From Lama glama (taxonomy: Eukaryota): a DNA stretch of 64,000 nucleotides. The DNA lies in assembly GCA_028534125.1 (NCBI GenBank), contig CM052816.1, forward strand, positions 25,732,001-25,796,000. Direction: 5' to 3'. Both the position numbers and the translations under genes were made by a program. Positions 1-12,691 of this stretch are shown here, piece after piece; position 1 is the stretch's first letter, and each line of letters starts with the position of its first letter. The notes under the pieces are model-generated. The model was not told the origin of the DNA. It worked only from the letters and a program-made list of their open reading frames with translations, and did no database searches.

Positions 1-135
1 TGAAGTCCCCATGCATGCAAAAATGTTGACATAATTTGTATGTCTTTTCTCCTGTTAATCTGTCTTTTTCAGTTTAATTCACAGGCCTCATTTAAAGACT
101 CTAGGAAGGGAAAAGAAAAGTTTTTCCTCCCCTAC
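1..135 (+). mobile_element. 3' end of an ERV1-type LTR (truncated by window start)
   Basis: TTAATCTGTCTTTTTCAGTTTAATT...AAAAGTTTTTCCTCCCCTAC resembles the 3' end of laurasiatherian ERV1 LTRs (recalled consensus). Confidence 0.65.
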
Positions 136-654
136 TGCTTTGGGGGTTGAGTTTGTGTCTTAGAAAGGGGCTTAATGACAGGGAATGCTTTCAGGTTTGT
201 TTAATACTTTAAATCTGTGTCAATTAGGAGAACAAACAAATATTTCTGCTCCACTGCAGCATTGTTTACAATTTGTTATAAAATTTCTTCGCACATTGGA
301 GTACAGTGAATGTATGCACTTGGCTTCCAAGCTGACTGAGCCCAGGTCCAGGAACCAGCAAAAACTGTAGTATTTGAACAGAACTCATCTCTGAATTTAG
401 AACAGAGGCTGCTGTCTTTCTACTGTGTCAGACTTCCTGCTGGTAGAGAGCATCCCTTGGTCCAGAGATATTGATTGATTATATATATATGAAATAAATC
501 AGAGACTTCTTTGCCTGCCTGTGCTAAGAGAAATCAGACTCCACACTCTTGACAGTCTGCCTGGGCTGAGATCTGTGCCCAGCCAGCATGAATCATTTGT
601 AAAGAGAAGTGGAAGGGCAGTCTCCCTGCACAGCCACAGTCCCTGAAAGCCTTA

Positions 655-805
655 TGCTGAAAGAGTGGCTCAGGCCCCAAATTAGCAGCATCAGCAGCAT
701 CTGACCACACCCAGACCCACTAACTTAGAAACTGAGAGGGTGGGACCCAGTAATCAGCGTCTTAAGCTCTCCTGGTGGTTATGATGCAAGCTAAACACTG
801 AGATA
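655..805. mobile_element. MER5-like hAT-Charlie MITE
   Basis: AGCAGCATCAGCA...CCAGACCCACTAA...AGAAACT...GGGTGGGACCCAG...GATGCAAGCTAAA pattern of MER5A. Confidence 0.65.
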
Positions 806-825
806 AACGAACCCTCTTCTCCTGT

Positions 826-955
826 ATACTGAGCACTTCCTACTACCAGGCACAGTTCTAAGCCTATCAATACATTCAGTCTTCACACCAACCGTATATG
901 GTGGATACCATTTTTACCCCATTCTGTAGATGTCAAAAGTGATGCTCAGAGCCCC
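826..955 (-). mobile_element. MIR SINE fragment
   Basis: TACTGAGCAC...CCAGGCACAGTTCTAAG...CCCCATTCTGTAGATG...GCTCAGAG is the MIR core in reverse orientation. Confidence 0.7.
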
Positions 956-1094
956 ATCACAAAACTGAACAAAACTGAACCTGATCAGGTGCTGGCACTG
1001 TGCTATACTGGGTACTTCAACACAATAAGGGTCAAAAACAGATGTGTCTCTATGCTAATGGAACCCATAGTCTAGTGTAGCTACTAAAGGCATA

Positions 1095-1620
1095 GACACA
1101 TGAGAAGGATGAGGCAAATTTTGTTGCATAAAGAGATATCTGAAGCATAAAAATGGTTCCAGGGTGACTCTCACTCAGGCAACAAGGTGGTGCTGGCCAG
1201 TGATCAGAGGCCTCAGTTCGTCTTCACATGGACCTACCCACAAGGCTGCTTGAGCATCCGCACAACGTGATAAACAACCTAAGAGGAGAAGGTGGAAGTG
1301 GAAGGGGCAGATTTAGCAAATACAAATACAGGTGACCCAGTTAAATTTGAATTTCAGAGAAGCAATAAATAATTGTTTAGTGTTAATGTGGCACATGCCA
1401 TATTTGGGACATATTTATAGTAAAAAAGTTTTATTGATTTCTGAAATTCAAAGTTAACTAGACATAGTGTATTCCATCTGGCAACTCAACTTTCATGACC
1501 TGGGTTCAGAAATCATAGACCATCACGTATTCAATACTTTTTGGCCACATAGAGCAGCTCTGATTCAGCGTGGAAGGAGCCTGCAGACGAATGTTAAAAT
1601 TAGGACATAAGGGTCACTGA
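1095..1620 (-). mobile_element. MLT1-type MaLR LTR remnant interrupted by MER53
   Basis: GGCCTCAGTTCGTCTTCACATGGACC...GGCTGCTTGAGCATCC and TGGGTTCAGAAATCATAGACCATCAC match old MLT1 LTRs on both sides of the MER53 copy. Confidence 0.55.
1303..1488. mobile_element. MER53 palindromic hAT MITE
   Basis: CAGATTTAGCAAATACAAATACAGG...CAGTTAAATTTGAATTTCAGA...TTTGGGACATATTTATAGTAAAAAA...TCTGAAATTCAAAGTTAACT...ATCTGGCAACTC. The internal inverted arms (AAATTTGAATTTCAGA / TCTGAAATTCAAAGTT) are visible. Confidence 0.85.
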
Positions 1621-2844
1621 GATCTTGAAGGCTGACTGAGATATCAGATCTGCGACCTTGTCACTGAAATTTTTCCCTAAGGATCCATTCAGTTTTCTCA
1701 AGTTTCCCAAAAGGGAGAGTCATCTTCCAGCATCTACCACTACAATTTTATAGTGTCAATCACAAAGTAAAAATAAGAGTAATTTCCCTTGAAGGAAGGA
1801 GGTGAGCAGTGTAAGACTTTTTCAAGCCACTTCCTCAACAGTGAGATCAATGTTTGCATATGTGTCTTACTTTAACATCTATTAAAAAATATGTCTCTAC
1901 CTATATATGCAAAAGGCTTTCAAACAACAGTGGATGCTTTTCTTATATTCCATTTACAGTCTTAAATGACCACTGTGAGTATTTTAATCACCCTCTATGT
2001 AGACTTCTTCATCCCCCTAAAATGAAATATGATGTTTCTTTGTCTTTTTCAAGATCTTTCTCAAGTTCTTTTGAACCTTTATTTTCTAGCCTCATAACAT
2101 CATTAAATGAGAGGCTTCTGTATTTTCAAGTATCAGGACCATACTCAGTGCATCATATTTTATTGGCTCTTTAGACTTTGGAAAGCAATTGAGCAGAAGG
2201 GGAAATAGAATTAGCATTTCTTGAGTACCTGCTAATGTCAGGGAACTTTTCATGCCTTTTAAGCCTTATTGAAAGTCTGCAATGTAGGTATCATATCTTG
2301 GTTTCCTTTTTCCCACTGAATTTTATTCCACCAACATACAAGCTGAATGCACCATTTTATTGAAGATTTTCAGAGACCAGGATTTAAATACCTACTTTCT
2401 TCTGCCCAGCTATGGGCATTTAGGAAGAGCAGGACCTGAGCCATTCAGAGCAGCGGTGGAAAGCAGTAGCCTGGCTTTCATGATAAGGCTGGCCAGGACC
2501 AGAAATTGAGGATGTGGAATACTGGAAAACGTTGTAGGAGCGTCAGAAGGCAAGACACAGCTCGATAATGGGGTGAGGGCACTTGTATTCTAGTGATCAA
2601 AATCAAGCATTGCCTTTTCCATCATATCCTAAAACCCTCAGTTGGAATTGAAACTCACATCTCAACTCCTACAAAAGGATTCTTTCCCTTTTTTACTCTG
2701 CATTTTATTATGAATCGTAGTAAAAACTCTTACTCACTGAGCATGTACACCAGTGAAGCATCTTCCTAAGTGCCTACATATAGGGGCGTGCTCCCAAATG
2801 GGTGCCCATATAACCCTAATCCTGACACCAAAATTGGCTTTCTT

Positions 2845-3105
2845 CCTCCCACTTCACATATGGGAAAACTGAGGTTCAGAGACACCGAGGAACCAAGCCT
2901 AAGTTTTCAAAACGTTAGGTGTCGCAGTTGTACCACAACCAAATGTTCTGATTTGTCCAGGGAGGAAGGGTTTCCTGGGATACAGGACTTTCGATGCTAA
3001 AACCAGTACAGCCACAGGAAAGCCCCTGAGGTTGGTCACCCTACATAGTTGGATTCAGACTCCAGATCCTTCTGAATCCAAAGCACGTGTCCTTTCCACT
3101 ACTAA
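2845..3105 (-). mobile_element. MIR fragment split by MER81
   Basis: CCCACTTCACATATGGGAAAACTGAGGTTCAGAGA and GGATTCAGACTCCAGATCCTTCTGAATCCAAAGC flank the MITE. Confidence 0.65.
2930..3043 (+). mobile_element. MER81-like hAT-Blackjack MITE
   Basis: GGGTTTCCTGGGATACAGGACTTTCGATGCTAAAACCAGTACAG...GTTGGTCACCCTA, with the characteristic GGTCACCCTA terminus. Confidence 0.75.
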
Positions 3106-3342
3106 ACATTTGTTGTTGTTGTTGAGTTGTGTAGCACATATTTACTTCCATTACTAAAATGTTTAGCACAGCGCTTGGTACGTAACAGCACTAGTAAATA
3201 CTGAGTGAATGAAGGGATGGGTAGGTGATTTCTTTAAGGGTGGTTGTGTAATGATCATGGCTATGGTATTGGTGGGGGAGGATAAAGTTATGGGCTTTTT
3301 TTTTTTTTTTTGGCCAATATACTTTAAATAGAAAGCTGTTAA

Positions 3343-3760
3343 ATGTGCTGATAAATGCTTAGCGACTCTTGAGGACAGGAGAGGATGAATGTATGGGGGA
3401 GGGAGTGGGTCGGCAGCTCCAAATTGTAATATTTGTTGATTTCCTGTGATGGCCAGGTTTAAGGTGCTCAGGCGTTGTCACTGAACGTGGAATTGGGAAG
3501 AGATGAAATAGCACATCATTATAATTCCATCCTACAGATGTGATAAATGTAAATAACCTTAAAAGGATAGGTAATAGAAAATAATTAAGAAGTGGTAAGT
3601 TTTGATGTATTAACTTTGAGTGTAATTCATTTAATTGTAAATCTACATAATTTAATTTTTAGGAATGACTATGTTTAACAACCAGCTCACAAAATCTTAA
3701 AAACTGAACAGTCCATTCTTAGAAACAATTGATTCCATTGGTTGCAATGCTCCTGGCCCA
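3343..3760. mobile_element. MER63-like hAT DNA transposon remnant
   Basis: GTCACTGAACGTGGAATTGGGAAGAGATG...TAGCACATCATTATA...ATAATTTAATTTTT...TGTTTAACAACCAGCTCACAAAA matches the recalled MER63B consensus. Confidence 0.75.
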
Positions 3761-5092
3761 TGTAGCAGCCCCAAAGATTTCTCCCACTGGAGAAATTACT
3801 AGTAAATGAGTTGGCTCAGGCCAATACCATCATCATGCCTGGACTGAAAAAACAAAAAATACAGACATCTCTCTCTATGTGGTATATAAAAAGAGCAGGA
3901 CATATTTTCCAGAGATAAAGTACCAAAATCAGTGGGGTGAGACTTCAGAGGATTTTAGAAATTTGGTGGGCAATTAACATTTATGAAAGTATTTCTAAGG
4001 TTGGCTAAATTTCATAGAAGAAAGCAGTATTTCCACATAATTTTGGTTGACTGATGAAAACAGACCTCAGCCAATTTCCAGGAGAAATGTGATGATATAA
4101 CTCAACTGATGTGTATTTTTGTCGGCAGTGCAAGGATTTAGTTATAATATTGTTATATCTACATACTGAAATATAAATAGCTGGAGAAATCTATAGTCCA
4201 TGTGATAGTCTGTTCAGTTTATACAACTATTTCTTGAAATGAATGTCACATAGTAATATAAATTCATAATTAGGAATAGAAATAATTAGGAAAAAGAAAC
4301 TACAAATACTTCTCTAGCCTAAAGGAGACATATATCTTTGTCAAAACTGACCTCAGGTATAATAAGATTTTTTTCCATTGTTGTTGTGAGCTGAGCTTTA
4401 TTTTGAAGAATAATTAACTCTAAAATTATGTCTCTGCAAGTAAAGTAAAATGAACCCCAAAAGAAATCATCCTTCACTATCTAAGCAGGAGGATCAATGA
4501 CTGAACAAACACGCTTTTCCAGGTAGATCAACTTTGCTCCTCATTTTTTCTAGGCTAGGTTCAAGGTACACGTGATTTTGTGTTTGGTGACAGTTATGTC
4601 CTGATTCTTAGCTGCCAGGAAAATGGGCTTCCAGAGCATCTCTGTGAGAACTCTCAGGACAAAAAGGGATCATCTCCAGAAGATCCAATCTAGGTTATGT
4701 CATGGTACTGACCAGTACATGACCAATACCACCAATACCTATAAAGATCTTTAGGACCTTAAAAAGCAGCCAGGTTTATAGCGTGCCTCTGGCTCAAGAA
4801 CAACATGGACATAACAGGGCCACTTGAGGCTGTACCCCCGTGGACTAGCAGGAATCACCACGATTCCATCAGTGGGTACAGATGGGTCCTGGACACATGC
4901 GTGATACTGTGCTAGGCACTGAGTTTCTATCCCAAATCAACCAGTTGAGTCCCCCCACTCACTGCATTTCAGAGAATCAATCAGACCCTGCCTGGGCTTA
5001 ACATTCTTCAAGGGAATCAAACATAATCTCCTAGCAATATCTTCAAGTAAGGTTATACAGTCACAGGAATCCGCTGACAAGATGGCAAACAT

Positions 5093-5205
5093 TTTTTAAA
5101 AGTCGGAGTTATTGAGGTAGTTTATATGTTTAAAGAAATCACCATTTTTAAGTGTCCACTTGATGAGCTTGACAATTACATACAGTTGTGTGACTGTTAA
5201 CATCA
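5093..5205 (-). mobile_element. Old L1M 3' end fragment
   Basis: TTATTGAGGTAG...CACCATTTTTAAGTGT...GATGAGCTTGACAA...ATACAGTTGTGTGAC. Confidence 0.6.
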
Positions 5206-6834
5206 CATTGGTTTAAGCTATATTATACCGTTACTAGACTACTTCACCTGTTAGGAAGAATATTTTTAAGCCCAATGAGTTGCATAAATATGATCTGCAT
5301 TTAATATTTTGAAGGTAGAAGCATTAAATGTGTTCAGTGGAAGTCTCTAAATATACTTGAAGGATTTTAAGCCTGTATTGGCCATTCTTCATTTTTAAAA
5401 TGCTGCCGGGGCCTTGAAAAAAAGCGAGGTACTCCTGGTCTTTCTCATATGCTGAGAAAGCTGAGCCTGGTTATGTGGCAGGTTTTGTGAACAGCTCAAA
5501 CACTATGAAAAAGAAAGCGTACGCAGCACTTTTTTGCAGAAAGTTGAATTGGATTTCTTTTGCATTATCCATGTTGTACCCCCTTTCTCTTGTCACTCCA
5601 AGAGTAACAGTGGCAAGAAGTTAAGTTTCATAAAGTAGTATTTGAAAGCTAGTGGGTCCATGTGTTTTAAACATCTGAGACAAAGGAAAGAGCCAGACAC
5701 TGGAAAGTCAGCTTCTCCTCCCCCTGCCCGCCCCACCCCACTTCCCCCTCCTTGAAACTAAGTGGGGAGGTGGGCATATTATTATATATTATTGAGGGTT
5801 TTCATGGCTGTTGTATGTCTGCATCATAAAAATACTCCACCTCAAAGAAATTGGGCCCAGCATAGGAGGAAAAAAACCAATCACTTGGGCAAATGACCAA
5901 GCAAAAATTATGCAAAAGATCTGGCAGAGAGTTGCAGGTATGGATAGTAGTGAAAAAATAGGACCTTTGGTGAATCTTTCCCCAGTTCAGTTTCCAGTGA
6001 CTCACTATGGGAATTGGTGCTGTGTACTCTCCCTTTCCCTGCTCCTCTGTCAGATGTAAATAGGATGTATCTTGTGAGGTTGTAGGGAGAATTCACTGAG
6101 AAGAAACTGTTCACCGAGCAGAGCCTCCAGCACAGGGGAGACACTCAGTTACTTTAGTTCCTTCCACCTATCCTCCTTAAAAATTAGTAACAAAATCCAC
6201 TTGAAATATTCAAGACCATTTACAGGCCCCCAAATGCACATTTAAAATCAACCATATTTAGTAAGAAGATCGTCAGGAATGCTGACTCTTTGCAAAAGTA
6301 CAAGACTATTTTGAAAGTACCGATCCCCTCTGGGTGGATTTTGTGTCTCATGGCTTCTTATTTCAAGCAAACAAGAGCCTTTTGTGGTAATCTCTCCCAC
6401 ATGAGCCATGGGAACAGATTGTCTTCAATCGAAAGCAAACGAGAAATTGCTTAAGCACAGGTAGTGACTATATGAATCATAAACCACTTTCTCAGATAAC
6501 AGCCATTAAGTAAGTCTGTGTACAAATTTGACAATTTTTATTTCACTACCTTTTGACAGTGCTTTCGAAGAGTTTCAGAGAACAAGCTCTGACAACAGCT
6601 TTCAAAAATTCGTCACTGAATGTTTGTTAACCTTGCTCCTCGTGATAGCTGGAGAACTAAGATAAATGCCTTTCAAATGGAGATAAATTACCATCTTTCA
6701 AAAGATTATCACGGTCTTAATCGAGTTTGCTCCAGCAGCCGAACAGCCTGTGACCTTGTTAGTTATACAACAAACATATCTGTTACTTTATGTTTCTATA
6801 GGAGTAGGGTAGAACCTTTCATGTAAATGTTTTC

Positions 6835-7025
6835 TTTTTTTTTAATTGAAGTATAGCCAGTTTACAATGTTGTGTCAGTTTCTGGTGTACAGCATACTGT
6901 TTCAGTCATACATATACATACATATATTCATTTTCATATCCCTTTTCATTATAGGTTACTGCCAGATATTGAATATAGTTCCCTGTGCTGCATAGTATAA
7001 ACTTGTTTATCTATTTTACATATAC
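6835..7025 (-). mobile_element. 5'-truncated lineage-specific L1 3' end
   Basis: Poly(T) followed by AATTGAAGTATAGCCAGTTTACAATGTTGTGTCAGTTTCTGGTGTACAGC...ATATTGAATATAGTTCCCTGTGCT. The same unit recurs many times in the window. Confidence 0.85.
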
Positions 7026-9525
7026 TAAATGCAAATCCTAAAATATTTTCTGTGTACCGAAGGATGGATTTACTCCAGTTAATGCTTTTGGAGATAAAAT
7101 AGAAGATTCAAAGTGTTTAAAAAGAGTGTATCAAGCTAGTTCAGATACGGTTCCAATTTTTCTTAGTGTTTCATGTTGACGTAATTTCAGAATCACAGAA
7201 AATTTGAGAGAAGAATACAAAGATTATCTGGATAGCTCTCCCTCGGATTTCCCAAATGTTACCATTTCCTAGACGCATACTGTGATTTAAAGGAAGAGGA
7301 AGGTAATTCCAAGTTCAGAAATAGGCATTGTGTTATAAAATTCTGTGCTAGTGTGCTGTCATACATATGTATATATTATATATATATAGTATGATAAAAG
7401 CATAGGGATTTCACAATGAAAATATTCAAGAGACTGTTAGAGCGTCCCCGTTCTTAATTTCTTTGCAAGAAATCATTTGCCAATTTTTACATGTAAGTGT
7501 AACTATCTGCAGGTATATGAAAAGATTCCAACATGTGGCCCAGTTTATGAAAACTACAATTACTACATCTTGGGAAATTAAAGTACTTTTATCCTGAATA
7601 TAATGTTACAATAGCATGGAAATCAGCATGCCGGGTGTTCCAGGATGTCAGCACATCAGTGGTGCCGACTTTCAACAGAAGGGAGGGAGCGTTTGAATGG
7701 TATTAATTATTAAATGGTAACATTTAATCCTAGATCCTTATTATCTGTGCCAAGAGAAAACATCTGTGGGTGCTTAGAACAGGCAGATTTTGGAGCATCC
7801 ATACAGATTCTGTTAGGTTTTGATGAAGCCTCCCAGGGAACAAGGTAATTTGGGAAACTAAGCATTTATTCTCTGCGCCACACTCCTAACCTCTCCGCAA
7901 ACAGATGGCTCTGTGGTACCGAGAAGGGCTTTATGAGTTACCCACGTGGCAGGGAAGAAAAGGAGAGGCCCTGCCTTTCCACTCCTGCCTTGTCAGGGCT
8001 ATTTGAAATGAATTCCCTGTCAATCATCGCAGGAGAGAAAACTCAGTATCACTGTCTCAGCTCCTCTCACAGTGGCCACCATCTGTATGACAATATTCAT
8101 TCATGCTGTTTCCTGCCGCCCCTTGCCTCTCTGTTTTAATGGTCTTTTGTAAGTGTTCCTGACATTTTATCTTTCTTTTATACATTCTGCCAAGATTATG
8201 TCTGAAAAGAAGTGGGGGGGGGGACCCTCCATTTTTCACTTGTTAAATCTGTGGCAAGGAAAACAATTCAGCACCATTCTCCAAACACTAAGACTGTTTC
8301 AGGATACTCAAGTCTCCAGCAAATGGCTGGGCCCAATCAGGGCTGTGGTCCAAATGCAAAGGGACAAAATGAATACACCTACTTCATGCTACTCTGATGA
8401 AATCAGACTTTTAATTGATAATCTGTTTTCTCCTTTGCTGAAGTGACAGTCTTGAGGAAAAACACATTTTCCCTCTTAGCCTCACACTCCTCTCTGGAAA
8501 CAAATGTATCAGTGTTCATTTCCTTAGGTTTCAATGACTTGCCTAGCGACAGTCACCCCAAATGTAGTGCTAAAGATGCTGTAGCTGATCAACAGAAGGA
8601 AGTTTATGAAAAAGTCAAAGGAAATTGTGTTTCACAAGAGAGTCCAAAGAGTGCTTTTGAATTTTGGACTTAATTCACCATTGTAAGTCTGATTTCCATG
8701 TTAGCAGATTTCTTGTCCGTGATTTTCGTTAGCTAGATTAGTTGGGTGTGCAACCTCTCCCCCATTTCTGACCTTTCCTTGATCTTTTCACTTCCTCATA
8801 TTTGAGTCTTGCTTTTCCCCGCAAGATTTGGATAATACTTAGGAGACAGAAAACTCCCAGCACCATGTCCAGAATTTTTCACTAATCTCTGTATAGTGTT
8901 CATAAATCCATGACCAAGACTTAGACCACTTTGCAGATGTATCTCAACCCAAAACAGAAATTCCTAATCTTTATTAATATTCTTATCAATCACTGAAGAA
9001 CATACAAGAGTGTAGTTTTTATAAATTCACTTAAAATCTCCTAATCTCACTTGAAAAGTCTGTAAACTCCTGGGAGCCTTTCTCTTCACTGTCCCAACGT
9101 AAAGCTCGCTGTTATCAGAGTATCTTGTCATTGTCACCTTTGTCATTCCATCTTCTCATCCCTCATAGTTTTGTTGTCCCATGTGACATGTTCTCAGTAC
9201 ATTAACCCCTGTCCCATCAAAGCCCCTAAGACAAGCTTCTTCTGTTCTAGTTATTCTACCAAAATGTTCATGTGGCTTTTATCATTTCTCCACACCACCC
9301 CTACTAGGCGGGGGATCTCAAACAGAGCCACATTAATTGTAATAGATTGTTTCTCCAGCTTTCCTGTCTACCTGCTATTACAAGTCGTAGGCCCCCATAC
9401 AAAGCCCACAACTCAACTATGGGAACTCCCAAAGTTTGTCTCTAAATTTCTTAAAAACGAATATAGTTTGTAATTAGATCTTGAGCCCACACAGCTGTTG
9501 ACCTTAAGTATACTACTTCCTGACC

Positions 9526-9905
9526 TGCAATAGAGGGTTAAGCAGTGTCCCTCGAAAATTCATGTCCACCTAGAACCTTAGAATGTGATCTTATTTGGAA
9601 ATAGAGTCTTTGCAGACACAGTTAAGAGAAGGATCCAAATGAGATTCTGCTGGATTAGGGTAGACCCTACATCCTGTGAGAGAGTCCTTATAGGGAGAGA
9701 GGAAGACACACAGAGACACAGGGGAGAAGGCCATGTGAAGACAGAGGCAGAGGTGGAAGTGATGCTCCCACAAGCCAAGAAACACCAGGAGTGACCAGGA
9801 GCTGGAAGAGACAAGGAAAGACTCTCCCCTAGAGCCTTTGAAGGGAGAATGGCTCTGCTGACACCTTGATTTTGGACTTCTGGTCTCCAAAACTGTGAGA
9901 GAATA
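9526..9905 (+). mobile_element. MLT1B/C-like MaLR LTR
   Basis: AATTCATGTCCACCTAGAACCTTAGAATGTGATCTTATTTGGAAATAGAGTCTTTGCAGA...GGCCATGTGAAGACAGAGGCAGAG...GACACCTTGATTTTGGACTTCTGG. This explains ORFs 9578-9890. Confidence 0.85.
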
Positions 9906-11831
9906 TTACCTAACTCTTGAAAATGTGGTATAGATTAAATGAGATAATGCATGTGAAGAACCTAGTACAAGACCAAGTTCAAGTCTGTACTTAGTCACTT
10001 GCCAGTGATGCTAGGGAAGGTTACTCAAATTCTCTAAGCCTCAGTTATCTTCTGAAAAAAAGGAGATAAGAATTTCCACCAGCCTTCACTGAAGAGGTTT
10101 CATGATGAACAAATGACGTATAAATATGAAAATGCTGACATACAAGGAACGATCGTGAAACGTGGGAATCTGTGCTCTTTCCACCTCCCGCCCCTGAAAT
10201 GACAGGAGGTGGTAGAAATGGGGGAGAGAAAGCAGATTATCAGGCTTCTCTTCACTAAGCTGTTTTGATAAGAAGAATGACCATCAGACCAAAGAAGAGC
10301 TCTGGCAGTATCTTTGGGGTGATTTCTGGATCTTGTTAAGCTATCATCCTCTAAATGTAGTTTCCAGAAGTGTTGATATTGATGTCAGTAAGCCATCACA
10401 ATCTCTGTGTTGGTAGAATTGGTAAATTCATTCAGGCAGTCCAGATCTTCCTCCCTCCCTCTCGTCTTTCTTTCCTGTTTGCCAGTATTGCTTCCCACCT
10501 TGTCTCCCTCCCTATTATCATGCTGCTCTGACATCATGACTGGGGATAACTCTGAAAAGAGGGCAGCCCCCGTCCGCTCCCGGTGATTCATCATATGCTA
10601 GACTTGACTTGCCAGGGAGTACTCTGAATGTGTGGACCTGGGCATGGTGGCAGGCTTCACTAAGAACTGGGACAGATTGAGAGAAAATATGCAGCATGGA
10701 AACCGGGTAGTAGGTATTGGTGTACTGTTCAGGAAATCGCAATGATCCTTAAGACCAAGGTGGTGGCTGTAATTTCACAGGTAGCGACCACAAGACCACC
10801 AAAAGTATCACAGACGAATCAAGCCTGGGAAATATGTGACAGGAGCACAGCCTTGTTATCAGCCTTTATTCAGTGACCCTGAGTTTCCCACCATCACCTG
10901 GGAGAGGGGCTGGCATCTGAGGGGCCAGAGGAAAAGCACAGGAAATACCCAGAGATGGAAGCCAGAAGGCTGCCCAGGTGATGCCCACCACTGCTCAACA
11001 AAGAGATGGGCTGGGGGGATTACAAAAGTCCAGAAACCTTTTCAGGAGGAGAGAGAAAGGGCTAAAAATCTTTAAGTGTGGAAAATAGATGGCTGTGGAG
11101 TCGGATTCTCCTTGCTGAGAATCTGGCTCTGACAAGCACTTGAGTGGCCTTGAGAAAATCATTTCCTTTCGGTTCAGTGGTCCCAAATGTAAAGTGGAGA
11201 TTGACCTACCTTGCAGGCTTGTTGTAAGATTTAACTAAAGTTATGTATGAAAGCATCCTGGGATGAAAGATTCAGAAAAAAATGGATTCTTTCCTTCCTT
11301 CTCTCCTGCCTTCTCCTTTTGCCCTGAGTTCCTATAAAATCACCTTCCCAAGATAAAGATAAAAAAAAAAAACTTTATGTTCCTCATGAAGAGAACAATC
11401 TCTTTCTTGTTCCTTTAGTATTAAAATTCAAATGGTCTTTTTCTTAGTAAAAGCTAGAAAGGGACATTGGTAACATCTCTTGTAGGCACGCCTGTATTTC
11501 TAAAACTGGCAACTGTCTGATCATAAGCTCCCCCTCCACCTGTCACTGGGTGAAAGTATCCCTCTACTGTGAACAAGACCTGGGCTATGTATATTATACG
11601 TACACTTCGACGCTCCCAAATGCTAATTTGTGACAGACCAAGAGTGCACAGAAAAGAAATGGTAAAAACGGCAAATTAATAGTTACCTAGTTATCTAGGG
11701 ATCATAAAGCTGAAAAAGATATAAAGAAAGACAAGGTAAATGGCCAAGAAGTTAGTGAAAGTTACCTGAGAGCAGGGAATGAATTAAGGCCTTGAGTGAG
11801 AGATTTAGACTTAAAGAAGATGGATTACTTA

Positions 11832-12240
11832 GGAAGATTTCAGTTTCAGGTAACAGAAAACTCAACTCACATTTGCTTAAACAATAGATTTATTTGCTCA
11901 AACAATAGATTTATTTGCTCATCTATCGGGAAGTCCGGACATAGTGAGGGCTTCAGCATTGTTGGGTCCTGCGGTTCAGTACGTTGACGTGAGTTGGGTT
12001 CTTTAGTCTTTCTACTGCAGACTGAGTGTCAGTTCAGCCCCGGGGCTCAGTCCACAGGAAGGATGGCCGCAGTAGCATCAGAGCTATGTTCACAGTGCGT
12101 GGGAGAGAGAAACAGGCTTCTCATAGTTCAGAAACTTCCCGCCAATCTGTCTTCACCTTTTATTAACTGGATTTGGGTTATATACCCATTCCGAATGAGG
12201 GAGAGACTCATCCTTCAACCAGTCAGGCTCTCCTCTGGGC
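11832..12240 (-). mobile_element. Old MLT1 (J/K-like) LTR remnant
   Basis: TTTCAGTTTCAGGTAACAGAAAACTCAACTCA...GCTTAAACAATAGATTTATTTGCTCA...GGATGGCCGCAGTAGC. Confidence 0.6.
11880..11921. repeat. Perfect 21-bp tandem duplication
   Basis: AACAATAGATTTATTTGCTCA occurs twice, at 11880-11900 and 11901-11921. Confidence 0.95.
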
Positions 12241-12691
12241 TGTGTTGGGGTCCGCTTCCCTTGAGGAATTTGAGCTGCAGCAGGGGGCTTAGAGACCAAA
12301 CAAAACTGGAATTGATCAGGAAAAAGAAAGTATAAATAGGTCCAGGATCGGCCACCAACCTATGGAAGGTGAGAGGGGGTGAAATTTACAAATTTGAGGG
12401 CCAATTTTTCATACCTGGGGCAATGTCACCGAGGCAATTACCAGCAAAGTCAGATCTGGATATTTTTCTCAGTCGCAAGAAGTATGTTTGCTTTATTGTT
12501 ACATTGTTTTGTTCGAACTATACTACACTGCCTCTTAAACCAGAAGTACAGAACCCCTCCCTCACAAGCACATACAAGAAGGGATTTCCTATCCTGAAGC
12601 CCCTGCACTCAGTCAGTTGCCAAGTCCCTGCATCATAACATGAACCCACTACAGCGGGAGGTCCTGGGAGTGCCGTCACCCTGGCAAGGGC

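Noticed and set aside
961..980. AAAACTGAAC repeated twice in tandem
   Set aside because: Trivial 10-bp slippage duplication with no further structure.
8266..8286. REST/NRSE site (TTCAGCACC)
   Set aside because: Only the left half matches. The GGACAG right half is absent.
9578..9890. Overlapping ORFs on both strands
   Set aside because: They lie wholly within an MLT1 LTR. The same applies to the ORFs at 36762-37118, 48113-48364 and 50340-50633.
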